A stretch of 64,000 bases of DNA from an uncultured Candidatus Actinomarina sp. GTDB taxonomy: Bacteria; Actinomycetota; Acidimicrobiia; Actinomarinales; Actinomarinaceae. Of this stretch, positions 47,862 to 58,383 are shown one piece after another (the first letter of the stretch is position 1; every line of letters begins with the position of its first letter). Location of the stretch: assembly GCA_902566515.1 (NCBI GenBank), contig CACFIX010000004.1, forward strand, positions 4,092 to 68,091, given 5' to 3'. The notes beneath the pieces are model-generated. The model saw nothing but the letters and a program-made list of their open reading frames with translations, searched no databases and was not told the origin of the DNA. The position numbers and the translations under genes are program-made.

Positions 47862-48508
47862 TGGATAACTTATCTGAAAAAATAAAACAATTAAGAAACG
47901 AATATAGCGATTCAGATTTTTTAATCGAACATTTAGACAAAAATCCAGTACGGCAATTTACAAACTGGCTAGATGATGCAATTGAAACAAAAATTTACGA
48001 ACCAAATGCTATGGTTCTGGCTACATCTGTTGATGATCAATCAAGATCTCGTTATGTACTCTTTAAAAATATTGTTGAGGATAAATTAATTTTTCATACT
48101 CATTACGAGAGTCCCAAAGCACTTGAAATGCTTGCAAATCCAAATATTTCAGGAATATTCTATTGGGCAGAAATTCACAGACAAGTGAGATTTCAAGGTA
48201 TTGCAAAAAAAGCTGATAAAACAATATCTGATGAATATTTTTCAACTAGACCTAGAGGAGGTCAGCTAAGTGCATGGGCTTCAGATCAAAGCTCAATTAT
48301 CCAAAATAGAGAAGAAGTAACAAATAAAATAGCTGAGTTAGACAAAAAATTTGAAAACCAAGAAGTACCAAGACCAGATTTTTGGGGAGGTTTTGAGATT
48401 GAAGTAAATTATTGGGAGTTCTGGCAAGGAAGAAGAAATAGAACTCATGATAGGTTTTGTTACACTCAAAACACCCAAGGTTGGAATATCGAAAGGATGT
48501 CTCCATAA
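47861..48508 (+). CDS. pdxH: Pyridoxine/pyridoxamine 5'-phosphate oxidase
   Basis: EPNAMVLAT, SRYVLFK, RQVRFQG, RPRGGQLSAWASDQS, EFWQGR.NRTHDR. Confidence 0.95.
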   Translation: MDNLSEKIKQLRNEYSDSDFLIEHLDKNPVRQFTNWLDDAIETKIYEPNAMVLATSVDDQSRSRYVLFKNIVEDKLIFHTHYESPKALEMLANPNISGIFYWAEIHRQVRFQGIAKKADKTISDEYFSTRPRGGQLSAWASDQSSIIQNREEVTNKIAELDKKFENQEVPRPDFWGGFEIEVNYWEFWQGRRNRTHDRFCYTQNTQGWNIERMSP

Positions 48509-49170
48509 TGAGAGAAATCAAAGTTACCAAAAATTTCATTAATTCAGCAGAAAATTCTGTGTTGTACGAGTCTGGAAATACGAAAGTATTGGTTACAGTC
48601 TCAGTTACAGACCGAGTTCCTGATTGGTTATCAAATTCTGAAAAAGGCTGGGTTACGGCTGAATACAATATGCTTCCAGGTTCATCCGGCAATAGAATTT
48701 CTAGAAAATCGTTCGAAAGTGGAAGGTCAAAAGAAATTTCAAGATTAATCGGCCGTTCTCTCAGAGCTGTTTGTAATTTAGGGTTAATTAATGGTTATTC
48801 TTTTACTGTAGATTGTGATGTTCTAGAAGCAGATGGTGGAACTAGAACAGCATCAATTAACGGTGCTTGGATAGCTTTAAATGATACTTTCACAAAGATG
48901 GTAAATGAAAACAAGTTAGTACAAAACCCATTAACAAGCAAAGTCGGTGCAATTTCTGTTGGTATTGTAGATGGAGAGCTAGTAGCTGACTTAGATTATG
49001 CTAAGGATTCAAATGCTGAGGTTGACCTAAACCTTGTTTTAGATGAAAAATTTGAAATCTTGGAGATTCAAGGCACAGCTGAAGGTAAACCATTTTCAAA
49101 AGATAATCTTAATAGCTTATTTAACATTGCAAAAGAATGTGTTGAAGAAATATTTAAGATACAAAATTAA
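48508..49170 (+). CDS. rph: Ribonuclease PH
   Basis: TAEYNMLPGS, GRSKEISRLIGRSLRA, DGGTRTASING, EIQGTAEG; start ATG 48508 by TAATG overlap. Confidence 0.93.
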   Translation: MREIKVTKNFINSAENSVLYESGNTKVLVTVSVTDRVPDWLSNSEKGWVTAEYNMLPGSSGNRISRKSFESGRSKEISRLIGRSLRAVCNLGLINGYSFTVDCDVLEADGGTRTASINGAWIALNDTFTKMVNENKLVQNPLTSKVGAISVGIVDGELVADLDYAKDSNAEVDLNLVLDEKFEILEIQGTAEGKPFSKDNLNSLFNIAKECVEEIFKIQN

Positions 49171-49175
49171 TAAGA

Positions 49176-49745
49176 ATGCAAATCATTTTAGCTAGTCAGA
49201 ATAAAAATAAGTTAAAGGAATTATCTACAATATTTCAAATAAATTCAAGTAAACATTCTTTGGTGTTTCCCAGTAGAGTTTTGAATGTAACTGAGGATAA
49301 AGAAACTATAAAAGAAAATGCTGAAAAGAAGGCCTTAGAGTATTTTGAGTTTTATGATTTACCAGTAATTGCAGATGACTCAGGTCTTTTTGTAGATGCA
49401 CTTAATGGTGCTCCCGGTGTTCATTCAGCTCGTTTTTCAGGAGAAAATGCAAATGATGAAAAAAATAATGATAAATTATTAGATTTGCTTCAAAATAATT
49501 CAAATAGATCAGCAACTTTCAAAACAGTTTTATGTTTTTATGATGGTAAAGAATTTATGAATACCTTAGGTGAACTAAATGGTGAAATTTTATCATCACC
49601 GAGAGGAGAAAATGGTTTTGGTTACGATCCTATATTTGAAGTAAATGGTAAAACTCTTGCTGAAATGACATTAGAAGAAAAATCGGAGATTAGTCATAGA
49701 AAAATTGCGACAATTAAGATGGTTGAGTTGTTAAATGAAATATAA
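49176..49745 (+). CDS. rdgB: RdgB/HAM1 dITP/XTP pyrophosphatase
   Basis: ASQNKNKLKE, ADDSGL.VDALNGAPGV.SAR, GFGYDPIF, SHR. Confidence 0.95.
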   Translation: MQIILASQNKNKLKELSTIFQINSSKHSLVFPSRVLNVTEDKETIKENAEKKALEYFEFYDLPVIADDSGLFVDALNGAPGVHSARFSGENANDEKNNDKLLDLLQNNSNRSATFKTVLCFYDGKEFMNTLGELNGEILSSPRGENGFGYDPIFEVNGKTLAEMTLEEKSEISHRKIATIKMVELLNEI

Positions 49746-50418
49746 AACATTATTAAAATTTCTATTTGTTTTTCTTGTATTTTCTGCATGTGAAGTTAAG
49801 TGGGACATGGAAATTTCTTTCGAAGAAGACTTATCGGGAAGTTACTCAATAGCAGTATTGATAGATCAAGAAGCACAAATGTATGCGGTTGAGACTGGGC
49901 AATCCTCAATTGGAGGCTTAGATGCAATACTGTCAAATCTTCCAGATGGTTTCGGTTCAAGTGTTTATCAAGAAGGAAACTATTTGGGAATTCTTATTAG
50001 AAACGATTTTGAAGATACAGATGAGTTGTTATTACAGTTTGAACAATTAAAGTCTGAGGAAAATACTGCTTTATTAATGTTACCAATTCAGGAAATTCGA
50101 TTTGATAAAAGTGAACGTGATTTTGGAATTACAGGCAAGTTTGCAGAAATTTTTGTAACAGATGAAGAAAACTTAGAGGGTTTTAAAAGAATATTCGACG
50201 GCCAACTATCAATTATTGTTCCAGGTAATATTACAGATCCTCAAATTAGCGAAATAGTAGATAATACAATTATTTTTGAAAACGATGGTCTTTCGGTAAA
50301 AACTTTTAAGTTGGTCACAAGAACTAAACCAATTTTTACGCCAGAGCTAATTGCTGCGCTATTAGCAATTTTTGGTCTAATAATTTATTTTGTTAGACAA
50401 TCTGTCAAAAAGAAGTAA
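49735..50418 (+). CDS. Hypothetical lipoprotein with C-terminal TM (LppM/DUF3153-like)
   Basis: Lipobox FSAC, VPGNIT motif, C-terminal hydrophobic anchor. Confidence 0.55.
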   Translation: MKYKTLLKFLFVFLVFSACEVKWDMEISFEEDLSGSYSIAVLIDQEAQMYAVETGQSSIGGLDAILSNLPDGFGSSVYQEGNYLGILIRNDFEDTDELLLQFEQLKSEENTALLMLPIQEIRFDKSERDFGITGKFAEIFVTDEENLEGFKRIFDGQLSIIVPGNITDPQISEIVDNTIIFENDGLSVKTFKLVTRTKPIFTPELIAALLAIFGLIIYFVRQSVKKK

Positions 50419-50428
50419 TATTGTCTCA

Positions 50429-50455
50429 ATGAAAAAAATTATAATTATTATTTAG
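50429..50455 (+). CDS. Ile-rich leader peptide MKKIIIII*
   Basis: ATG AAA AAA ATT ATA ATT ATT ATT TAG; TAATAT -10 element 7 nt upstream (50416..50421). Confidence 0.75.
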   Translation: MKKIIIII

Positions 50456-50480
50456 GAGCAGCGTTTACAACGTTGTTACC
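50455..50480 (+). promoter_or_regulatory. Putative antiterminator hairpin
   Basis: GGAGCAGCGTT (50455..50465) pairs with AACGTTGTT-a-CC (50469..50480), taking bases from the 5' arm of the terminator. Confidence 0.55.
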
Positions 50481-50504
50481 CTTGCATGGCAAGGGTTTTT
50501 TTTT
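50478..50504 (+). terminator. Attenuator terminator upstream of cimA
   Basis: ACCCTTGC-atg-GCAAGGGT with a 9-T run (50496..50504), ending 5 nt before the cimA ATG. Confidence 0.85.
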
Positions 50505-50509
50505 AGACT

Positions 50510-52066
50510 ATGAAAATTGATATATTTGATACAACTTTAAGAGACGGCTTTCAACAAGAAGGAATTTCACCTTCTGTAAAAGATAAACTCGAAATTGCAA
50601 AATTATTAGATAATCTTGGAGTATCTTTTATTGAAGGTGGTTGGCCTGGTGCTTCTCCTAAAGAAGAAGAGTTTTTCAAAAAAGCAAAATCAGAACTTAA
50701 TCTTGCTAATTCAAAACTTGTTAGCTTTGGATCAACAAGAAAACTTAATTTGAGCGCTGACAAAGACCCTCAAGTACAAGCATTGCTTGATGCAGATACA
50801 GAATATGTATGCATAGTGGGAAAGTCTTCAAAACTACATATTACAAAAGCTATACAAGCCACTGTCGATGAAGCAATAGAAATGGCAGTTGATACCATTA
50901 ATTATTTAGTACAAAATAAAAAGAAAGTATTTTTTGATGCAGAACATTTTTTTGACGGTTACAAAGAAGAACCAGAAACAAGTTTAAAAATATTAGATGC
51001 TGTAATTTCTACAAAAGTAGAATGTTTTGTATTTTGTGACACAAACGGTGGAACTCTTCCAAGTGAAGTCCATGAGATAATTTCAGAAATAATTTCAAAA
51101 TATCCAAAAGCAAACTTTGGCGTACACTTCCAAAACGACAATGGTTGTGCAGTAGCTAATTCAATGGTTGCAGTTGATTTAGGTGTAAATCATGTTCAAG
51201 GAACCATTAATGGGTATGGTGAAAGAACAGGAAATGCTGATTTATGTACTTTAATCCCCAATTTAACATTAAAGAAAGGCTATAAAACAATTCCTGAACA
51301 CTCACTAGGCCAATTAACTCAAACAGCAAATCATATTGCTGAGTTAGTAAATGTAGTGATTGATTCACGTCATCCTTATGTAGGTTCCTCAGCTTTTACA
51401 CATAAAGCTGGATTACATGCATCTGGAATGGCAAAGGATAGCTCACTTTATGAACACATTGATTCAGCCGCGGTTGGGAATTTTACAAGGACAACAGTAT
51501 CTGAATTAGCTGGTAGAGCTAGTGTTCTAACAAAAGCAGAGGAATTTGGTTTGGAATTTAACAATGATGATGCCAAAAAATTAATTGAAGAAGTGCAGAA
51601 TCTTGAACATATGGGATATCAATTTGAAGCAGCTGATGGATCGCTATTTATATTGATGAACAAACTCAAGAATATTGAACCCAACTTTTTCAAATTTGAA
51701 AGCTTTAGGGTATTTTCTGAAAGACGAAATTCTGAAAATGTTGTTTCAGAAGCAGTTTGTAAAATTATTGTAGATGAAAATAGATACGTTAAAACTGGAG
51801 AAGGAGTCGGCCCAGTTGATGCTTTGAGCAAAGCTTTGAAATCTGCTTTAGAAAATGATTATTCAAAAGTAAATGAAATCAAGCTTATTGATTACAAAGT
51901 TAGAATTATAGATTCTTCAGATGGAACTGAAGCAAAAACACGGGTCTTGATTGAATTTACAGATTCCAATAAGAAATGGAGTACTATCGGAGTTCATGAA
52001 AATATAATCAATGCTTCATGGAATGCTTTGTGTGATGGTTTTAATTATTATTTTATGACTTCTTAA
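50510..52066 (+). CDS. cimA: (R)-citramalate synthase (LeuA family)
   Basis: DTTLRDG, IEGGWPG.SPK, FFDAEHFFDG, CDTNGG, VQGTINGYGERTGNA, HKAGLHAS, GVGPVDAL, WSTIGVHENII.ASW. Confidence 0.85.
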   Translation: MKIDIFDTTLRDGFQQEGISPSVKDKLEIAKLLDNLGVSFIEGGWPGASPKEEEFFKKAKSELNLANSKLVSFGSTRKLNLSADKDPQVQALLDADTEYVCIVGKSSKLHITKAIQATVDEAIEMAVDTINYLVQNKKKVFFDAEHFFDGYKEEPETSLKILDAVISTKVECFVFCDTNGGTLPSEVHEIISEIISKYPKANFGVHFQNDNGCAVANSMVAVDLGVNHVQGTINGYGERTGNADLCTLIPNLTLKKGYKTIPEHSLGQLTQTANHIAELVNVVIDSRHPYVGSSAFTHKAGLHASGMAKDSSLYEHIDSAAVGNFTRTTVSELAGRASVLTKAEEFGLEFNNDDAKKLIEEVQNLEHMGYQFEAADGSLFILMNKLKNIEPNFFKFESFRVFSERRNSENVVSEAVCKIIVDENRYVKTGEGVGPVDALSKALKSALENDYSKVNEIKLIDYKVRIIDSSDGTEAKTRVLIEFTDSNKKWSTIGVHENIINASWNALCDGFNYYFMTS

Positions 52067-52115
52067 GTAGATTTTTCACTTCATTGATATATATACTATT
52101 TTAGGGAATATAAAT

Positions 52116-54062
52116 ATGAATGAAAAAATCGAAAATTTACTTAAAGAAGAACGAAAATTCCCTCCTTCGAAAGAACTTACAGAAAATGCAAACGCAACAT
52201 CTTCATGGTATGAAGATGCAGATAAAAATCGCTTAGAATTTTGGCAGAAGCAAGCTTTAACAAGAATCTCTTGGTATAAAGAACCAACAGAAGTTTTAGA
52301 TGATTCAAACCCTCCTTTTTTTAAATGGTTTAAAGATGGAGAGCTTAATTTATCTTATAACTGTTTAGACCGTCATCTAGAAACTGATTCAGATAGAGTA
52401 GCTTTTTATTGGGAAGGTGAACCTGGAGATACGCAAGAAATAACTTATCAAGATCTTTATGAAAGAGTCTGTAAGTTATCTAATGCATTAAAACAACTTG
52501 GAGTTCAAAAAGGTGATAGGGTAGCAATTTATTTAGGCATGACTCCAGAGATTGTTGTTTCAATGTTAGCATGTGCAAGAATTGGTGCAGTTCATTCAGT
52601 TGTCTTTGGAGGTTTTTCTTCGGAAGCACTTGCTGACAGAATTAATGATGCAAAGGCAAAGACTGTTATTACAGCTGATGGAGCATGGAGAAGAGGGGAT
52701 ATAGTTCCACTTAAAAACAATGTCGATGGTTCACTTGATTTAACAGACTATGTTGAAAATGTAATAGTTGTAAGACGAACAGAACAAGAAATAAATATGG
52801 ATGATGGTAGAGATCACTGGTATCACGAAATAACAGAAAAACAATCTTCTGAATGTGAGCCTGAAGTAATGAATGCTGAAGATTTGTTATACATTTTATA
52901 TACATCAGGAACAACAGCTAAACCTAAAGGTATCGTCCATACACAGGCTGGTTACCTCACTGGAGTTACAACTACTCATCATGAGGTATTTGATGTTAAA
53001 GAGGATGATATTTATTGGTGTGCTGCAGATTGTGGTTGGGTAACAGGTCATAGTTATATTGTTTATGGACCTTTAGCAAATAAAGCAACAAGTGTAATGT
53101 ACGAAGGTGCACCAAATGCCCCCGATGAAAAAAGATTATGGAGCATAATTGAAAAATATAAAGTTAATATTTTTTATACTGCACCAACGGCAATTAGAGC
53201 ATTTATGAAATGGGGAGTTGAGCATCCGCAAGCTCACGATTTAAGTTCGTTGAGAATACTTGGCACTGTTGGGGAGCCAATTAATCCTGAAGCCTGGATG
53301 TGGTACCACAAAAATATTGGTGGAGAAAATTGTGCAATTGTTGATACTTGGTGGCAGACAGAAACAGGTTCAATTATGATTTCACCTTTGCCAGGCGTAA
53401 CAAGCACTAAACCAGGATCTGCCTGTGGTCCTTTACCTGGTATCGAATCTGTAATTATTGACAATGATGGAAATGAAGTGGGCAAAGGAGAAGGTGGATT
53501 TTTAGCAATCAAATCTCCGTGGCCATCAATGCTTCGAACAGTATATGGAGATGACGCAAGGTATATTGATACATATTGGTCTCAACATAAAGGTTTATAT
53601 TTTGCCGGCGATGGTGCAAAATATGATGAAGAGGGTTACATTTGGCTTTTAGGTCGTGTTGATGACGTAATGAATATATCTGGACATAGAATATCTACTG
53701 CGGAAGTTGAAAGTGCGTTAGTTTCACATAATGCTGTTGCTGAGGCAGCAGTTATCGGTCGAAGTGATGAAATAACCGGAGAAGCAATTGCTGCCTTTGT
53801 ATCTTTAATTGGGACTGAGGAAGGCAATGAAGATTTGATTGCGGAACTTAGACAGCATGTAAGTGACAAAATTGGTCCGATTGCAAAACCTAAAAGCATA
53901 GTAATTACTGCTGATCTTCCAAAAACGAGAAGTGGAAAAATTATGAGAAGATTACTTAAAGATATTTCAGAAGAAAGAAAATTAGGTGATGTAACAACAT
54001 TAGCAAATGCTGATATTGTTTCAGAGCTTCAAACTAGAGCTTCAGATTCTGACGATGAATGA
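52116..54062 (+). CDS. acs: Acetyl-CoA synthetase
   Basis: YTSGTTAKPKG, GTVGEPINPEAW, DTWWQTETG, GRVDDV, LPKTRSGKIMRR. Confidence 0.96.
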   Translation: MNEKIENLLKEERKFPPSKELTENANATSSWYEDADKNRLEFWQKQALTRISWYKEPTEVLDDSNPPFFKWFKDGELNLSYNCLDRHLETDSDRVAFYWEGEPGDTQEITYQDLYERVCKLSNALKQLGVQKGDRVAIYLGMTPEIVVSMLACARIGAVHSVVFGGFSSEALADRINDAKAKTVITADGAWRRGDIVPLKNNVDGSLDLTDYVENVIVVRRTEQEINMDDGRDHWYHEITEKQSSECEPEVMNAEDLLYILYTSGTTAKPKGIVHTQAGYLTGVTTTHHEVFDVKEDDIYWCAADCGWVTGHSYIVYGPLANKATSVMYEGAPNAPDEKRLWSIIEKYKVNIFYTAPTAIRAFMKWGVEHPQAHDLSSLRILGTVGEPINPEAWMWYHKNIGGENCAIVDTWWQTETGSIMISPLPGVTSTKPGSACGPLPGIESVIIDNDGNEVGKGEGGFLAIKSPWPSMLRTVYGDDARYIDTYWSQHKGLYFAGDGAKYDEEGYIWLLGRVDDVMNISGHRISTAEVESALVSHNAVAEAAVIGRSDEITGEAIAAFVSLIGTEEGNEDLIAELRQHVSDKIGPIAKPKSIVITADLPKTRSGKIMRRLLKDISEERKLGDVTTLANADIVSELQTRASDSDDE

Positions 54063-54549
54063 AAGAACCTTTTCATGGCATCTTCCAGAAGATGCAGTTC
54101 AAAAACTAGTTAGTTTAGACAAAAAAGATCGGAGAGAATTCTTTTCAAATCTTCCAATCAATAATGTACCAATTGGTTCTCTTATGGATTTTTCAAATAT
54201 ATCTTTAGACGATAAAGGACAAGTTTCATTTTATATTGTTCCTCAAGAGTTCCATTACAACCCACTTGGGACTGTACACGGTGGATTAGCAGCAACAATC
54301 TTGGATTCTTGCAACAGTATTTCAGCAAACTGTCAACTTGATAAAGGATTTTTGACTATGACTACTGATATAAGAGTAAATTATTTACGACCAATCACTG
54401 TCTCAACTGGTGAACTTATAGCTACAGCAACAATTGAAAAAGTAGGAAGAAAAGTTATATTTGTGAATGGCTCACTGTATGACAAAAGTGGAAAAGTATA
54501 TGCTACTGCAAATTCAACAGAATTGGTTGTAGAAGTTCCATTGGGCTAA
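54055..54549 (+). CDS. PaaI-family hotdog thioesterase
   Basis: NPLGTVHGGLAATILDS, TTDIRVNYLRP; start ATG 54055 overlaps the acs end. Confidence 0.88.
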   Translation: MNERTFSWHLPEDAVQKLVSLDKKDRREFFSNLPINNVPIGSLMDFSNISLDDKGQVSFYIVPQEFHYNPLGTVHGGLAATILDSCNSISANCQLDKGFLTMTTDIRVNYLRPITVSTGELIATATIEKVGRKVIFVNGSLYDKSGKVYATANSTELVVEVPLG

Positions 54550-54563
54550 TAATCAAAACATAG

Positions 54564-54646
54564 TGCGGATGAGAGGAGTCGAACCTCCACGAGCAAAGCT
54601 CACTGGATCCTAAATCCAGCGCGTCTACCAGTTCCGCCACATCCGC
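54564..54646 (-). tRNA. tRNA-Leu (TAG)
   Basis: GCGGATG acceptor, CTGGA-TTTAGGA-TCCAG anticodon arm, long variable arm. Confidence 0.95.
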
Positions 54647-54657
54647 TAAATGTAACG

Positions 54658-54731
54658 TGGGTCGCCGGGGACTTGAACCCCGAACCTGCGGATTAAGAGT
54701 CCGATGCTCTGCCAAATTGAGCTAGCGACCC
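54658..54731 (-). tRNA. tRNA-Lys (CTT)
   Basis: GGGTCGC acceptor, anticodon loop CTCTTAA, TTCAAGT T-loop. Confidence 0.93.
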
Positions 54732-54825
54732 CTTTTAAAGAATAACTTAGATTATGATAGATAAGTATATATTTTTTCTATTTATTGTTTAATTAAATCA
54801 GTTAACATAGAAAATAATTAAGTTG

Positions 54826-54900
54826 CGGGCTGTGGCTCAGTTTGGCTAGAGCGCTTGGTTTGGGACCAAGAGGTCGTGAGTTCGAATCTCACCAGCCCGA
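54826..54900 (+). tRNA. tRNA-Pro (TGG)
   Basis: CGGGCTG/CAGCCCG acceptor, CTTGG-TTTGGGA-CCAAG. Confidence 0.95.
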
Positions 54901-54907
54901 CATCCTA

Positions 54908-54978
54908 GCGGGTGTAGCTTAATGGCAAAGCTCCAGCCTTCCAAGCTGGCTATGAGGGTTCGATTCCCTTCACCCGCT
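54908..54978 (+). tRNA. tRNA-Gly (TCC)
   Basis: GCGGGTG acceptor, CCAGC-CTTCCAA-GCTGG, U discriminator. Confidence 0.95.
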
Positions 54979-54986
54979 CTGGCAGA

Positions 54987-55060
54987 GCTCTCGTAGCTCA
55001 AATGGATAGAGCAACAGACTTCTAATCTGTAGGTTGTAGGTTCGAGTCCTACCGAGAGCG
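54987..55060 (+). tRNA. tRNA-Arg (TCT)
   Basis: GCTCTCG/CGAGAGC acceptor, ACAGA-CTTCTAA-TCTGT. Confidence 0.95.
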
Positions 55061-55064
55061 CCGT

Positions 55065-55139
55065 GGTGATCGTAGCTCAGTTGGTTAGAGCGCCTGGTTG
55101 TGGTCCAGGAGGTCGCGGGTTCGAATCCCGTCGGTCACC
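55065..55139 (+). tRNA. tRNA-His (GTG)
   Basis: Encoded G-1 opposite C73, CCTGG-TTGTGGT-CCAGG. Confidence 0.95.
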
Positions 55140-55158
55140 CTCAATTTATAGGAGATAA

Positions 55159-56472
55159 ATGAAATATAAAGTAAAGAAAATTAGTGACTTTGAGTTGTCT
55201 ATTGAAATTACTGTTGATTTTGATGATTTAGAAGAAAAAAAAGATGAAGCAATTTCAAAAATTAGTAAGTCTTTGAAAGTAAAAGGATTTAGACCAGGTA
55301 AAATCCCAAAAAATATTGTTGTAAGAGAAGTTGGCGAAGATTATGTTTTAGAGGAAGCTATAGACATATATTTGCCAGAACAAATTTTTGAGATTTTAAG
55401 TAAAGAAGAAATAAGCCCTGCTGTAAGACCAGTAATAAAAGACCTAAAAAAAGAAAAAAAATTATACAAGATTGAAGCTCTCATTACTTTGTGGCCAAAG
55501 CTTTTAAAACTTCCTAAATTAAATCAAACAGTTGAAGTTGAATCCATAGAGCCAACTGAAGAGGAAATAAATGAACAAATTGAAAGAATTAAGCTTCAGT
55601 TTGGGGATGTTGAAAAAGTTGATAGACCTTCAAAAGAATCAGATTATTTATTGCTCAATATTTCTGGTTCAGAGAATGGTACAGAGTTAAAAGATTTTAA
55701 CTATCAAGATTATCTTTATGAACTGGGCAGTGCGTTACTTACTCCATCTTTAGATTCAAAATTAGAGGGTGTATCTAGTGGGGCTATTATCAAATTTAAT
55801 GATGATATTCCGGCTTTAGGTAAGAGTAATATTGAAATATCTGTTCTAGTTAAAGAAATTAAAGAAAAAATTATGCCAGAACTTACAGATGATTGGGTTT
55901 CATCGGTTACGGAGTTTGATACTGTTAAAGAGATGAACGAAGAATTATACAAAAACATTGAGAGTGTAAAAAAAAGACAGATAGCAAATCAATACCAAAG
56001 TCTGTTGACTTCAAAATTAATCGAGGAATCAAAATTAGAACTTCCTGAGCAGTTAGTAATAGCCGAAATGGATAGTATATTGCAAAACTTTATGAACGAA
56101 TTGCAACAAAATAATATAAAAATCGAAGACTATTTACAAATAACTGGCTTAACTGAGGAAACACTCCAAGAGGATCTTAAAAATCAGGCAACTCGAAATT
56201 TATCCATGGTGGTAATTTTAGATAAGGTTGTTGACGACCAAAAATTAAAGCTTGATGAAAAAGAAGCTAGCTTTATTGATGAACATGTTGCTAATCTAGA
56301 TGGAAACGATGTAGATGCTGCTAGTCGTAGATTAAATCTTGAAACAGAATCACTAAGAAATAAGGCAATGTTACATATTTTACAGCAAGGAATATCAATT
56401 GATAAGAATGGTGAAAAAGTATACCTGCAAGATGTGTACAATCAAGAAGAGGAGTTAGGAGAGGAAGAATAA
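55159..56472 (+). CDS. tig: Trigger factor
   Basis: GFRPGKIP signature, FKBP-like middle domain, precedes clpP-clpX. Confidence 0.93.
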   Translation: MKYKVKKISDFELSIEITVDFDDLEEKKDEAISKISKSLKVKGFRPGKIPKNIVVREVGEDYVLEEAIDIYLPEQIFEILSKEEISPAVRPVIKDLKKEKKLYKIEALITLWPKLLKLPKLNQTVEVESIEPTEEEINEQIERIKLQFGDVEKVDRPSKESDYLLLNISGSENGTELKDFNYQDYLYELGSALLTPSLDSKLEGVSSGAIIKFNDDIPALGKSNIEISVLVKEIKEKIMPELTDDWVSSVTEFDTVKEMNEELYKNIESVKKRQIANQYQSLLTSKLIEESKLELPEQLVIAEMDSILQNFMNELQQNNIKIEDYLQITGLTEETLQEDLKNQATRNLSMVVILDKVVDDQKLKLDEKEASFIDEHVANLDGNDVDAASRRLNLETESLRNKAMLHILQQGISIDKNGEKVYLQDVYNQEEELGEEE

Positions 56473-56473
56473 T

Positions 56474-57091
56474 ATGAAAGATTTACCTTCAAATTATGTT
56501 ATACCTACAGTAATTGAAAATACTAATAGGGGCGAAAGAGCCTTCGATATATATTCAAGACTTTTAAAGGACAGAATTATATTTTTAGGAACACCAATTG
56601 ATGATGGTGTTGCGAACTCAATAATGGCTCAGTTATTGCATTTAGAGTCAGAAGATCCGGATAAAGATATTTTTATGTATATTAATTCTCCGGGCGGCTC
56701 TATTACTTCATTGTTTACAATTTATGACACAATGAATTACATTAAACCTGACATTTCAACAGTTTGCATGGGCTTGGCAGCTTCAGCAGCTTCAGTTATT
56801 TTGGCTGGAGGTACTGAAGGAAAAAGATACAGCCTTCCAAATGCAAGGATAATGTTACATCAACCTTCAGGTGGAATGGAAGGAACTGTGGCTGATATGG
56901 AGCGAAATTTTGATTTGATAGTATCTATGAGAACTCAATTAAACGGTTTATTGGCTGATTTTACTGGTCAAGACGTTGAAAAAGTTGCAGAAGACACAGA
57001 TAGAGATTTTTGGATGACCGCGCAAGAAGCAAAAGAATACGGTATAGTAGATGAAGTGCTAATTCAAAGGGAGTTAGCCGAAAAAAAATAA
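56474..57091 (+). CDS. clpP: ATP-dependent Clp protease proteolytic subunit
   Basis: [35 protein letters not shown]. Confidence 0.96.
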   Translation: MKDLPSNYVIPTVIENTNRGERAFDIYSRLLKDRIIFLGTPIDDGVANSIMAQLLHLESEDPDKDIFMYINSPGGSITSLFTIYDTMNYIKPDISTVCMGLAASAASVILAGGTEGKRYSLPNARIMLHQPSGGMEGTVADMERNFDLIVSMRTQLNGLLADFTGQDVEKVAEDTDRDFWMTAQEAKEYGIVDEVLIQRELAEKK

Positions 57092-57117
57092 CTAAAAAAA
57101 CAACAGGGTAGTTAAAA

Positions 57118-58374
57118 ATGGCAAATAAAGATTCATCTCAAGCACTTAAGTGCAGTTTTTGTGGTAAATCTCAAAAACAAGTAATAAAACTTATAGCTGG
57201 TCCAGGTGTTTATATTTGTGACGAATGTATAGAGCTTTGTGTTGAAATTATTGAAGAAGAAAAAGTAGAAAAAATTGATACCGCTCCTGAAGAATATCTA
57301 CCTTTACCTAAGGAAATAAATCAGTCTTTAAATGAATTTATCATAGGCCAAGAAGAAGCAAAAAAAACGCTATCTGTAGCTGTTTACAATCACTATAAAA
57401 GAATTTACAAAGGTGATTCAGTTGATAGTGACTTAGAAATTCAAAAATCTAATGTTCTTTTACTTGGACCAACGGGTAGTGGAAAAACTCTTCTTGCACA
57501 AACTTTAGCTAAAACTCTAAATGTGCCCTTTGCAATTGCAGACGCTACAACTCTTACTGAGGCTGGATATGTCGGTGAAGATGTTGAAAATATTCTACTC
57601 ACATTGATTCAAGCAGCTGACTATGACATTCAACGTGCAGAAAAAGGAATAATTTATATTGATGAAATTGATAAGATAACAAGAAAATCTGACAACCCAT
57701 CAATTACTAGAGATGTTTCTGGAGAGGGTGTCCAGCAAGCTTTATTAAAAATCCTTGAAGGAACAACTGCACAAGTTCCTCCGCAAGGTGGCAGAAAGCA
57801 TCCACAGCAGGAATATTTGCAAATTGATACAACAAATGTGCTTTTTATAGTGGGTGGGGCGTTTGATGGTCTTGATCAAATTATCAGTAAACGCCTAGGA
57901 GAAAATACAATTGGATTTAATACAACAATTAATGATGTTAAAGATTACAAGAAGGAAGAGTTATTCAAATTTGTTGAACCAAAAGATCTAATCAAGTATG
58001 GATTAATTCCAGAATTTATAGGCAGATTACCAATAGCGACAAGTGTAAATGAATTAGACAAAGAAGCATTAATTGAAATTTTGACTAAACCAAAGAATGC
58101 AATTACAAAACAATTTGTAAAAATGTTTCAATTAGATGATATTGATTTAGTTTTCACTGACGATTCATTAGAGGCTATGGCTGATCTAGCATTAGCAAGA
58201 AAAACTGGTGCAAGAGGTTTAAGATCAATTCTAGAAAAAATTCTTCTAGAGCAGATGTATGAATCACCTTCAAGGAAAGATATTACTAAAATAATCATCG
58301 ACAAAGAAAATGTACTTGATGATATTGCTCCAAAAATGGTTCTAAAGGAGTCAAAAGACGACAAAACAGCATAA
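57118..58374 (+). CDS. clpX: Clp protease ATP-binding subunit ClpX
   Basis: CSFCGK..ICDEC zinc finger, [30 protein letters not shown]. Confidence 0.97.
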   Translation: MANKDSSQALKCSFCGKSQKQVIKLIAGPGVYICDECIELCVEIIEEEKVEKIDTAPEEYLPLPKEINQSLNEFIIGQEEAKKTLSVAVYNHYKRIYKGDSVDSDLEIQKSNVLLLGPTGSGKTLLAQTLAKTLNVPFAIADATTLTEAGYVGEDVENILLTLIQAADYDIQRAEKGIIYIDEIDKITRKSDNPSITRDVSGEGVQQALLKILEGTTAQVPPQGGRKHPQQEYLQIDTTNVLFIVGGAFDGLDQIISKRLGENTIGFNTTINDVKDYKKEELFKFVEPKDLIKYGLIPEFIGRLPIATSVNELDKEALIEILTKPKNAITKQFVKMFQLDDIDLVFTDDSLEAMADLALARKTGARGLRSILEKILLEQMYESPSRKDITKIIIDKENVLDDIAPKMVLKESKDDKTA

Positions 58375-58383
58375 AATATACTT

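Noticed and set aside
4212-54549. Longest-ORF starts for csaA (4628), yceI (8424), whiB (22164), rph (48457) and the second paaI (54007)
   Set aside because: They overlap neighbouring genes or promoters; downstream starts with an SD, a leaderless -10, a stop/start overlap or a family-typical length fit better.
54658-54731. U27-C43 mismatch in the tRNA-Lys anticodon stem
   Set aside because: Single mismatches at the top of the anticodon stem are common and the rest of the cloverleaf is normal.
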